Below are positions 9,674-18,568 of a stretch of DNA of 59,364 nucleotides, in pieces. Source of the stretch: Spirochaetota bacterium. GTDB taxonomy: Bacteria; Spirochaetota; UBA4802; UBA5368. The stretch covers positions 1 to 59,364 of the forward strand of contig JALOTJ010000002.1 of assembly GCA_025457965.1 (NCBI GenBank). Reading direction: 5' to 3'. Position 1 is the first letter of the stretch; the number at the start of each line of letters is the position of its first letter. The translations under genes were made by a program, and so were the position numbers. The notes beneath the pieces were generated by a model, which was not told where the DNA came from, made no database searches, and worked only from the letters and a program-made list of their open reading frames with translations.

Positions 9674-10483
9674 CTAGCCCTTCCGTGTGAGCTTTGAAAT
9701 GCCGAGCGCGGCAAAGTAGACCAGCGTACCCCCCGCCACCATGGTCGCGCCGGTGGGAGTGTCGAGGTTATACGAAAGAAACAATCCGCCGAGCATGATG
9801 ACTACCGTGTAGGCGATTCCCGCCGCGAGCACCAGTCTGAAATCCCTGGACACCAGAAGCCCGAAGCTTGCCGGAAGAACGATGAGCGCCGAGACAAGGA
9901 TTATCCCCACGATCTTAATGCTTACGACGATAATGGCCGCAAGGAAGACCAGCATTGCGTTTTCGAGGAGGGATATTGGCACGCCGCTGACCGCAGCGAC
10001 CTCCTCGTCGAAAGAAGCGAACAGAATGCGATGAAGGAATATTGTGACGAAGGGAAGAAACAGGGCCATGGCGATGATGACAAGCGTACGGTCGAAACCG
10101 GTGATGCCGAGGATGTTGCCGAAAAGATAACCCATCAGGTCGAAAGTGTAGTCCGTGCGAAAGGCGATGAAGAGCGCACCGAGCGCCATGGAGAAGGAAA
10201 AGAATATGCCGATACTCACATCGTAGCTTATTCTGCCCAGCCGGACTATACGCCCGATGACGAGTGCCGAAACGATGCAGAATACGAGGGAGGTGTAGAA
10301 CGGGTTGATGCCGAGCAGAAGCCCAAGCGCGACGCCTGCGAAGGCCGTATGGGCGATGCCGGCTCCCATAAAGGAAAGACCGCGCATTACCACGAAAAAC
10401 GAGAGCGTGCCGAAAAGAATACCCAGAAGAAAACACATGAGAAACGCGTCCTTGAAAAAGACCATCTCGAAAAGTTCCGTCAT
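9674..10483 (-). CDS. znuB: Zn/Mn ABC transporter permease
   Basis: FVVMRGLSFMGAGIAH, LMGYLFGNIL, FDEEVA..SG; multiple TM segments. Confidence 0.93.
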   Translation of the reverse strand: MTELFEMVFFKDAFLMCFLLGILFGTLSFFVVMRGLSFMGAGIAHTAFAGVALGLLLGINPFYTSLVFCIVSALVIGRIVRLGRISYDVSIGIFFSFSMALGALFIAFRTDYTFDLMGYLFGNILGITGFDRTLVIIAMALFLPFVTIFLHRILFASFDEEVAAVSGVPISLLENAMLVFLAAIIVVSIKIVGIILVSALIVLPASFGLLVSRDFRLVLAAGIAYTVVIMLGGLFLSYNLDTPTGATMVAGGTLVYFAALGISKLTRKG

Positions 10484-11271
10484 CGGGCCCGCCGGCAGGT
10501 TTCGCAGTTCTGGTCGTGGTGCAGGAAGTAAACATCCCTGCCGAAAACCTTCTCCAGCGCTTCGGTGGGCATGCCGTCTGACGGTCTCCCGTGGAAATGG
10601 ATCTTCTGCTTGAGGCAGGCAACCCTGTCTACGATGGCCGAAACGCTGCCGATATCGTGCGACACTATGATAATGGTCATGCCTTCGTTATCGCGGAGAT
10701 CGACAAGCAGTCGGTAAAAATTGTCCTGGGCGACCGCGTCCAGGCCGGTCGAGGGCTCGTCGAGGATGAGCATGCGCGGATGCAGGGCGAGCGCACGCGC
10801 GATGAGCACACGCTGGCGTTCGCCGCCGGACAGGCTGCCGAAGTGGCGGTCCCGATGCTGGCTCATTTCGACACGATCGAGCGCGCTGTCGATTTCCTTC
10901 CGGTCTTCGGTGTGGAGACGCTCGACGATGGTGGCGCGCGCATAGCGTGACATGGCGACAACGTCGAAGGCGCTGAGCGGGAAATCCGCATTGTATGCAG
11001 ACCGCTGCGGAAGATAACCGACAAGCCCGCTTCGCCGTATATCGGCCGGAGGGAGCCCGTACACGCGGACCTCTCCGGCAGAGGGCGGCGTAAAACCCAT
11101 CGCCGTACGGAGCAGGGTGCTCTTTCCGCTGCCGTTTGGCCCTACGATGGAAAGTATCTCGCCCGGGTCGACCGTCAGGTATATGTCTTCGAGTACCACG
11201 GCCGAGCCATAGCGGACCCATACTCCTTGCATGGACAGCGCCGGGTGCCCGTTTACGGTATCATTATTCAT
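10480..11271 (-). CDS. znuC: Zn/Mn ABC transporter ATPase
   Basis: GPNGSGKS, LSGGERQR, ILDEP; His/Cys tail HHDQNCETC. Confidence 0.93.
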   Translation of the reverse strand: MNNDTVNGHPALSMQGVWVRYGSAVVLEDIYLTVDPGEILSIVGPNGSGKSTLLRTAMGFTPPSAGEVRVYGLPPADIRRSGLVGYLPQRSAYNADFPLSAFDVVAMSRYARATIVERLHTEDRKEIDSALDRVEMSQHRDRHFGSLSGGERQRVLIARALALHPRMLILDEPSTGLDAVAQDNFYRLLVDLRDNEGMTIIIVSHDIGSVSAIVDRVACLKQKIHFHGRPSDGMPTEALEKVFGRDVYFLHHDQNCETCRRAR

Positions 11272-11287
11272 GATTCAAAATCCCGCA

Positions 11288-12178
11288 TCAGCGCGCTCGC
11301 GGAGCGTCGCCGGCCAGGGCTTTGGCGAGGAGGCGCGCGTTGTGCTCCATCAATCGCGGGTAATCCGACTTTTCCGGGTCGTCAGGATCTCCGAGGCTGT
11401 CAAGTTGCAGCAATACCGCGCCGGTCTCGCGCGCCAGGGCGTTAGCGGCCCCGCTCTGGACCTTGAGGTCGATGATCACGACGCGAACGTGTTCGGAGCG
11501 CGCCTTTTTAACAAGGCGATTAAAATCGCGCACCGATGGTTCATGCCCGTGCCCCTTTTCAATTGTATCGACGATGTTAAGCCCGTAGTCAGCCGCGAAG
11601 TAATTCCATGACGGGTGCCACTGAATCAATTTTTTATCGTGGAGCGGGCGCAGCATGGCGGCAATACGCCTGTCGGTCTCGTCGAGCTTTTTCCCGTATG
11701 ATTCAAGGTTTTGTCTGAAGTATTCCGCACCGTCCGGATAGATTTCCGAAAGCCTGCCGGCGATATGGCGCGCGATCCTGCGGCCGCCGGCGATTGAAAG
11801 CCAGATATGCGGATTGTCGTGACCGCCGCGGTTCATCAAATACGATACGGCGGTCCCTTTTCGAAGATACTTTTCAACCCAGCCGTCGTATTCCGGGTGA
11901 ATGCCGATAAAGATTCGTGACGCCTGCAGCCGCTTCACGGTGGTTGGAAGAGGTTCGAATGTATGGGGATTGGCGCCCGGTGGCACCGCGAAAAACACCT
12001 GGGCGCGGTCGCCGGCGATTGAACGTGCGATATCGCACACGGGATAGATTGAGACGGCGATCAGCGGGTCACCGCCCGGGGCTCCCTCCTCGCGTGCGCA
12101 CGAGATGACCGCGGAAAGCGCAAGCAATGCGGTAAGTGCAGCGGTCGCGCAGAGCGGGCGATGAGGTTTCGATTTCAT
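11288..12178 (-). CDS. znuA: Zn/Mn ABC transporter substrate-binding lipoprotein
   Basis: Lipobox-like AVISC; metal motifs NPHTFEP, NPHIWL, HPSWNYF; start uncertain (12178 or 12190). Confidence 0.9.
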   Translation of the reverse strand: MKSKPHRPLCATAALTALLALSAVISCAREEGAPGGDPLIAVSIYPVCDIARSIAGDRAQVFFAVPPGANPHTFEPLPTTVKRLQASRIFIGIHPEYDGWVEKYLRKGTAVSYLMNRGGHDNPHIWLSIAGGRRIARHIAGRLSEIYPDGAEYFRQNLESYGKKLDETDRRIAAMLRPLHDKKLIQWHPSWNYFAADYGLNIVDTIEKGHGHEPSVRDFNRLVKKARSEHVRVVIIDLKVQSGAANALARETGAVLLQLDSLGDPDDPEKSDYPRLMEHNARLLAKALAGDAPRAR

Positions 12179-12570
12179 TGAATGGTCCATTAATAGGTCG
12201 TCGCGGTTCCTGTATCCGAATCGGTGTCCGCCCCTGGAAGCGCCGATCAGTATGGAGCGGGGATGCACGGTCTCCAACTGTGGGGGGCCTCAATGATTTG
12301 CGCAAGAAAATTATAAATGTGCGGCGGGGCTGGAAATATGCCATGGGAAGACCGGCGTGTTGTTTTACTTGACAAATCGAGGTGTCGGCGCGTAATCAAC
12401 AGAAAAGAATGGATCGTCGCACAGGCGGGTATCGCCGGATTTGCAGTCCGTCGGCCGGAGATAACGAATAATCCGGCCCTCTCGCTGTTAAAATGTTGAA
12501 ATCGGCGATTTTCATGATACCATAGAGTGCAAACACCGCGCCCCTTCGAGCACGACAAAAGGAGTAATCC

Positions 12571-14067
12571 ATGGCGAAAAAAGACGGTTTTCCGGCGGAA
12601 GATCTATTCTGTTCGGACCACGGCCTGACCTATAACGACTTCATCATTCTTCCCGGCTATATAGACTTCGCCCCGGACGACGTGGACCTCGAGGCGAATC
12701 TAACGCGCAACATCATTCTAAAGAGGCCCATCACCTCGAGCCCCATGGATACGGTAACCGAATACCGCATGGCTATCGGAATGGCCCTCCTCGGCGGGAT
12801 AGGGTTCATCCATTACAACAATACGATCGAGGAACAGGCCGAGCACGTTAAAAAGGTAAAACGCTTCGAGAACGGTTTCATCACCGACCCCCTTGTGCTG
12901 TCCCCGAACAATACCATCGCCGATATAGATGAGATCAAGGCGAAATACGGCTTTTCGGGCATTCCTATTACGGAAGACGGAAAGCTATACTCGAAACTGG
13001 TCGGGGTGGTGACCAACCGCGATGTGGACTTTGAGACCGATCGCACCAAGAAGCTTCGGGAGGTTATGACGACCGAGGTGATGACGGCGCGGAAGGGCAT
13101 ATCCCTTACCCAGGCGAACGAAATACTGAAGAAATCGAAAAAGGGGAAGCTCCCAATCGTCGATGAAAAAGCCTGTCTGGTGGCGTTTATGTGCAGGAAC
13201 GATCTCCTGAAGAACCGGGAGTACCCCTTCGCGTCCAAGGATGGCCAGAAACAGCTGATGGTAGGGGCCGCGATATCCACGAAGGAAGAATCGAAGGAAC
13301 GCTTGGATCGCCTGGTGCAGGCGGGCCTTAACGTCGTGGTGATCGATGCGGCGCAGGGTAATTCACTCTACCAGGTCGAGATGATAAAGTACATCAAGAA
13401 AATGCATCCGTCACTCGATGTGATCGGCGGCAATGTCGTCACCGAAGAGCAGTGCAAAAACCTCATAAGGGCCGGGGCTGACGGCCTGCGCATCGGCATG
13501 GGGCCCGGCTCTATCTGCACCACGCAGACCACCATGGCGGTGGGAAGGGCGCAGGCCACGGCGATTTACCGATGTGCTCGCTTTGCCCGCAGGCATGGTG
13601 TTCCGGTAATCGCCGACGGCGGTATCTCGGTTACCGGGCATGTCGCAAAGGCGCTGTCGCTGGGGGCATCGGCGACCATGATGGGCTCGATGTTCGCGGC
13701 GACCGAGGAGGCTCCCGGGGAATACTTCTATGAAAACGGTATACGCCTGAAGCGCTACCGGGGGATGGCATCGCTCGAGGCGATGGAAAAGGGCGGCGCC
13801 AAACGCTATTTCGCGGATGATGCGAAAATCATGGTGGCGCAGGGCGTTTCAGGCGCCGTGGTTGACAAAGGTTCGCTTTTCGATTACGTGCCGTATCTCA
13901 TCCAGGGACTCAAGCATTCCCTTCAGGATATGGGAGCGAACAGCGTCAGGAAACTCCACGAGATGCTGTTTGCCGGAGAGCTGCGTTTCGAGCGGCGATC
14001 GCTATCGGCCCAGATCGAGGGGGGCGTACACGACATGTACTCCTACAAGGAGCCCAAGTACATGTGA
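12571..14067 (+). CDS. guaB: IMP dehydrogenase with CBS pair (eukaryote/Leptospira-type)
   Basis: [49 protein letters not shown]; AAGGAG SD. Confidence 0.97.
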   Translation: MAKKDGFPAEDLFCSDHGLTYNDFIILPGYIDFAPDDVDLEANLTRNIILKRPITSSPMDTVTEYRMAIGMALLGGIGFIHYNNTIEEQAEHVKKVKRFENGFITDPLVLSPNNTIADIDEIKAKYGFSGIPITEDGKLYSKLVGVVTNRDVDFETDRTKKLREVMTTEVMTARKGISLTQANEILKKSKKGKLPIVDEKACLVAFMCRNDLLKNREYPFASKDGQKQLMVGAAISTKEESKERLDRLVQAGLNVVVIDAAQGNSLYQVEMIKYIKKMHPSLDVIGGNVVTEEQCKNLIRAGADGLRIGMGPGSICTTQTTMAVGRAQATAIYRCARFARRHGVPVIADGGISVTGHVAKALSLGASATMMGSMFAATEEAPGEYFYENGIRLKRYRGMASLEAMEKGGAKRYFADDAKIMVAQGVSGAVVDKGSLFDYVPYLIQGLKHSLQDMGANSVRKLHEMLFAGELRFERRSLSAQIEGGVHDMYSYKEPKYM

Positions 14068-14071
14068 GCTG

Positions 14072-14713
14072 TCAGGGCGACGGTGTGCTTCGTTGTTTTT
14101 TTCGCCGGATCCGGATGATTATAAATACCGCCACTCCGACCGCCATGAGCGCCAGCACCGCCGTATTGTAGTTGCGTAGAATCGTACTCATGCGGTCTTT
14201 TACCAGTTCCCAGTTGTCTCCCAGCAGGTAGCCGGTGTGGATCCAGATAAGGTTCCAGATTGATGCGCTGACGATGGCCAGAGCGAATACTTTCGGCAGA
14301 GACAGGCGCGCGATGCCGGACGCAAGCGAGATAACCGATCGGACGCCTGGTAGAAACCTGTTGGCGAGTACTACGAAATAACCATACCGCCTGAACCATG
14401 ATTCTGCCAGCACGATACGCTTTGCCGGGAGATGCCGGTAATCTTTCCCTATAAAATATTCTCGTCCCAGAAGGCGTCCGATCAGAACGAGGCATACGAA
14501 ACCGCAAACGCTGCCAAGCGTAGTGACTGCGTATACCAAAAGGTAATCCAGCCTGCCGGTGCCCACCAGGAACGCGCCGAAAGCGGTTATGGTGTCGCCG
14601 GGAATCGGGGGGAAGACATTTTCCACGAATGCGCTGACAAATAGCAGGGTATAGAGCAAAAAATCGTTCGCACCGGCGAGCGTCGGGAGGATTTCGGCGA
14701 TGTGGTTTTCCAT
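14072..14713 (-). CDS. DedA family membrane protein
   Basis: ENVFPPIPGD, WFRRYG, NRFLPGVR. Confidence 0.9.
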   Translation of the reverse strand: MENHIAEILPTLAGANDFLLYTLLFVSAFVENVFPPIPGDTITAFGAFLVGTGRLDYLLVYAVTTLGSVCGFVCLVLIGRLLGREYFIGKDYRHLPAKRIVLAESWFRRYGYFVVLANRFLPGVRSVISLASGIARLSLPKVFALAIVSASIWNLIWIHTGYLLGDNWELVKDRMSTILRNYNTAVLALMAVGVAVFIIIRIRRKKQRSTPSP

Positions 14714-14854
14714 GGATATCCTTGATAGTAGAGGCTTCCGGTGATTTAAGCAAACTTTTTAGCTGGCAGGCAAAGCGAAAAATCCTTGATTATCGCATCG
14801 GAGCGGATATCATTTTTAGCAATGTGCCGCGCGCTACACCCTGATTGAGAGGTC

Positions 14855-15397
14855 ATGATCGTGAGAAGGTTACTGGTTTTTACCCTTGCCGCAGTGCTGC
14901 TTCTGCTTCCTTCCTGCAAAACAACGGAAGTCAAAGACCCGCTAATGGACCGGATCGACTCGTTTCTGGCGGTGGATCCGAATTCAAGAGAGCTCTTCCA
15001 TGTCGTAATGATGTCGGACCGCTATCTTATAGCGCAGATGCAGCATCCCGATCGGATTCAGCGCAACGACGACTCGGGTGGTGATAAGTACATGACCGAG
15101 GAGTTGAAAAAGTTCGACAAGATCGATGAGGAGCGTGAGGGTGTTATCGCCGTATGGCTGTATCCCGATTCCGGCAGGCTCATGAAGGTTCGGCCTAAAA
15201 AGCTCACCTACCTGATGGAGATCGACAAGCTGATCGTGGAGGACATCCAGCGCTGGAGCTTCCAGTTCCCCAAAAAGGACGTGTATCCGACGCAGTTTGA
15301 CGTCCGGTATCGCGTGATTTTGCGAAAGACGCTTTCAGACGATGAAATCATGAAAGAGGTCCGGGACAAGATAATCGAGAAGACCGGCTCGCGCTGA
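14855..15397 (+). CDS. Lipoprotein with TonB-C-like C-terminal half (resembles Leptospira LA_2219-type lipoproteins)
   Basis: Signal peptide with LLPSC lipobox; DSGGD....EELKKF and EDIQRW motifs recalled from Leptospira lipoproteins; upstream TTGATT-16-TATCAT at 14786-14813. Confidence 0.6.
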   Translation: MIVRRLLVFTLAAVLLLLPSCKTTEVKDPLMDRIDSFLAVDPNSRELFHVVMMSDRYLIAQMQHPDRIQRNDDSGGDKYMTEELKKFDKIDEEREGVIAVWLYPDSGRLMKVRPKKLTYLMEIDKLIVEDIQRWSFQFPKKDVYPTQFDVRYRVILRKTLSDDEIMKEVRDKIIEKTGSR

Positions 15398-17824
15398 TCA
15401 GACGGAGGCCGTATTGATGATCAGGCGTACCGAGTTTTCATCGATCAGGAGCTTTTTGGCGATGTCGTTCGAGCTCCATCCCCTGCTTGAAAGCTCCCTG
15501 ACGGTTTTAATCACTCCATCGTTCAGGTTTTTTCCCAGCGGCAGGTCGCCTTTCATTTGTCGCGAGATGGGATTGTTGTTCTCGACGGCCTGAAGGAAGT
15601 CGGCGAACTGCTTCATCTTGCGGTCGGTCTGGCTGAACATGTCCTTGAGGCGTGAATCGGTGCTGTCGATTTCCGACCGCATCGATTCCATTTTCTGGAA
15701 CATGGCGTGGATCTGGTCGATGCGCTTTTCTATGTGAGCCGTGAGCCCCTCGAGCTCGCCGAACTTGTCCTTGACGTCGCGGATTTCCTGTTCGCGCGAT
15801 TTGAGCACCAGAGTATTCTCCTCTATGGAAGTCAGGTACTGGGTGAGTTTCTGGATGCGCTTGTCGGAGCGCTCGACAACCGCCTGGAACGAGCCGATCC
15901 GGGACTCCATCGATTTGATGAGCATGTCAGCTTTATGGGAGGATTCAAGGTTTTTCGCTATTGTGTCCTCATACTCGCGAAGCTCGGATATCCGCGCCTC
16001 CAGCCCGGCATAGCTCTGCCCGAGCGTCTCGATGCGCGTATTTACCATGTCGATTTTCGAAATCTTGTCCTCGAGCGCGTCCATCTTCTGCGTGACCATG
16101 TCGGTCAGTCCGATGATCCCCGCCAGTTCGTTTTCATAGCTTGAAAGCCGTCCCTTGCGGCCCTCGAAGGCCTTCAGCTCCTTCTCGACGGTCTTTCTCA
16201 GGTCTTTTATCTTTTCGATATCGTCCATGAACTTCTGGATGCCCCTGGCCTCATCTTTGGCCTCCCTGAGCATTCCGCCGAAATTCTGAACGGCGTCCTC
16301 GACCTTGCGTATCATGTCATCGCTCTTGGTGAATATCTGCCGGCTCTCCTCGTACTGGGTTATCTCCTTCCTCATGTCGACAAGGCGCTGTTCCATCTGG
16401 GAGAAGTCTATCTTCACGCGCTGCATCTGGGAATCAAGTGAGTCGTTGAAACGCTCCTCCATGGTCGAGAGCTTCTCGGAAAGCGAATTGAAACGCTGTT
16501 CGACGCCGTGGTATTCGGTGATAAGCGTTGACATCTTTTCTTCGGCCGATTCGGAGAGACGGTTCTCCATTTCGGCGTATTTCTCGTCGAAATCCTCGAT
16601 TTTCGCGATGGTTTCTTCGGCCTCCCTGCGGGCCGCCTTTACGATCTCGTCCTTTTTTGCGATGGAGTGGATGCTCAGGTTGTCGATTTCGGTCCGTATC
16701 TTCTGGACTTCGTCGGCAAAAGACGCGATGAGTTTCGACTTGGAGTCGTCGACGGTGTTCTCCACGTTGCGGAGCTTGCCGTAAACCTTGTCGATGTCGG
16801 TTTCGACCTTCTCGAGGAGGGAGTCGCGGCTGCGATGAAACTCCGCTATGGATTCAGCGATCTCACGTTTTATGTTGGCGGATTTGTCCTTGATATCGGC
16901 GAATACGCTGTTTTCGAGATCGGAGAGGGTCGACTTCAGGGCGCTGACCTTCGAGTTGATATCGGCGATATCGGAACGGGTTTCGGCCAGGGACTGGCTG
17001 CGGGTCTCCTGCAGCGCCAGTTCGAAGTTTTCGATCGCTTTTTCGATATTGCCGATCTTGGTGTTAATGTCGGTGTACACGCGGCGATCGGCCGAATCGA
17101 TCCGGCTTTCGAGCAGGTCGGCAGCGTGGCTAACGGAGTCGATACGGGATTTGATGTTTTCTAGTATCGCCTCGCCGGTGGTGGTGATCCCCTGTTCCAT
17201 GCGGGCGAGCGAATCGGAGAAGGACCTCGTGAGCAGGTCGACCTTTTCCTGGGCGGATCCGAGCAGCGCAGCCTCGTTGTCCCTGAACGATTCCCTCAGC
17301 CTGTTTACCTGGGAGGCGATCTCCTCGCCCATTTCGCGCGACCGTTCGCGCACCTTGTCATTGAATGCCTGTATGAGAAGAGAACTTTCGCGCTCGACGC
17401 GGGCCAGGCCCTCGATAAGGGAGCTGATCTTTTTGGCCATATCCCCGAAGCCCGCCCTCGACGCGGCGATAAATTCGATCTGCTTGTTCACCTCGCGCGC
17501 CGCCTGAGAAACGACCTTGAGGTCGTCCTCGACCTTCTTGAGGCTGGACTTCTCGATGTCGAGGCCCTTTATCCTGGTTTCGATTTCGGAAACCGATTCC
17601 CTTAGGGAGGTCGAGAGCCCCCCCGCCTTTTTGACGAGCAGGTCCATCTCGATGGTTGCGTCGTTGAAGCGGCGGCTCTCGGTGTCGGTGAGTTTCCTGA
17701 AATCGTTGAAGATCTTGGATGAGAAGCGCTTCAACTTGATCATTTTCAGGTTCGATCGGTCGAGCCGGCGAAACGCGAAAAGAATCAGCAGGCACGACAG
17801 GAGTGTGACAATATTCCACGTCAT
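15398..17824 (-). CDS. SpiroCoCo-like coiled-coil protein
   Basis: N-terminal TM followed by RRLDRSN...LKR, about 700 aa of heptad-rich coiled coil, C-terminal HTH-like GWS..DIAKKL. Confidence 0.8.
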   Translation of the reverse strand: MTWNIVTLLSCLLILFAFRRLDRSNLKMIKLKRFSSKIFNDFRKLTDTESRRFNDATIEMDLLVKKAGGLSTSLRESVSEIETRIKGLDIEKSSLKKVEDDLKVVSQAAREVNKQIEFIAASRAGFGDMAKKISSLIEGLARVERESSLLIQAFNDKVRERSREMGEEIASQVNRLRESFRDNEAALLGSAQEKVDLLTRSFSDSLARMEQGITTTGEAILENIKSRIDSVSHAADLLESRIDSADRRVYTDINTKIGNIEKAIENFELALQETRSQSLAETRSDIADINSKVSALKSTLSDLENSVFADIKDKSANIKREIAESIAEFHRSRDSLLEKVETDIDKVYGKLRNVENTVDDSKSKLIASFADEVQKIRTEIDNLSIHSIAKKDEIVKAARREAEETIAKIEDFDEKYAEMENRLSESAEEKMSTLITEYHGVEQRFNSLSEKLSTMEERFNDSLDSQMQRVKIDFSQMEQRLVDMRKEITQYEESRQIFTKSDDMIRKVEDAVQNFGGMLREAKDEARGIQKFMDDIEKIKDLRKTVEKELKAFEGRKGRLSSYENELAGIIGLTDMVTQKMDALEDKISKIDMVNTRIETLGQSYAGLEARISELREYEDTIAKNLESSHKADMLIKSMESRIGSFQAVVERSDKRIQKLTQYLTSIEENTLVLKSREQEIRDVKDKFGELEGLTAHIEKRIDQIHAMFQKMESMRSEIDSTDSRLKDMFSQTDRKMKQFADFLQAVENNNPISRQMKGDLPLGKNLNDGVIKTVRELSSRGWSSNDIAKKLLIDENSVRLIINTASV

Positions 17825-17887
17825 CTCTTGTACTCTCCGCGAGTAAGGTTCAGATCTCTGGCCGCAGGGACTTTATTCCAACTAACA

Positions 17888-17916
17888 ATTCTATATAAAT
17901 ACCATGATATTGTCAA
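17888..17916 (-). promoter_or_regulatory. Sigma70 promoter of the coiled-coil gene
   Basis: Minus strand TTGACA-17 nt-TAGAAT. Confidence 0.75.
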
Positions 17917-18015
17917 TATCTATTTTATGTCTCATTAAAAAAGAATGGAGCAGGAGGTTTTTTTTCTGAGAGATGACGGTTCGGGGGCTATTTTAAACAA
18001 AATGGAGAATGGCTC

Positions 18016-18564
18016 ATGATCAGAAAGGCTGTTGTTTTAGGCGGCATTGCCGGCATTGTTACGATCCTTGCCGCGTTTGTGTTTTCGGAGGCCATGGTGA
18101 AAAAGGAGCCTTACGTCGAGCGCCTCCTGGAGTCGGAGCACTTCCGTAACGGAAGGACGGTGGCCATGGTGTGCGAGTTAACGGCGTATTGTCCCGGCGC
18201 GTGCTGTAACACCGAACATGTCACCGGTGATAACGGCGAATTGGCGATCGACTGGAGCGATCAGCTGGCGGTGGGGGGGCTTTCGATCAGGGCGCTCCTG
18301 GATTCAGGCATCCGACCGGCCGCGGTCGACTCGTCGCTTATTCCCTTCGGTTCAATAATCGACTGCGACGGGGTTCTCTACGTGGCGCTGGACAGGGGAG
18401 GGGCAATAAGGGGAACAAGGATAGATCTCGCGATGGATGCGCATGATGAATGCGTTGAATTCGGGCGCAGGAGGAACCGTACCGTTACGGTGCATGTGCC
18501 GCGCTCGCCCTCGGCGGTGGTAGGCATGATCAGGGAAAAATACGGTTTGCGAGGAGACCGCTAG
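18016..18564 (+). CDS. 3D-domain protein (MltA-like peptidoglycan lytic enzyme)
   Basis: N-terminal TM; LTAYC, AAVD...IPFGS, ALDRGGAIRG.RIDL. Confidence 0.88.
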   Translation: MIRKAVVLGGIAGIVTILAAFVFSEAMVKKEPYVERLLESEHFRNGRTVAMVCELTAYCPGACCNTEHVTGDNGELAIDWSDQLAVGGLSIRALLDSGIRPAAVDSSLIPFGSIIDCDGVLYVALDRGGAIRGTRIDLAMDAHDECVEFGRRRNRTVTVHVPRSPSAVVGMIREKYGLRGDR

Positions 18565-18568
18565 CGCG

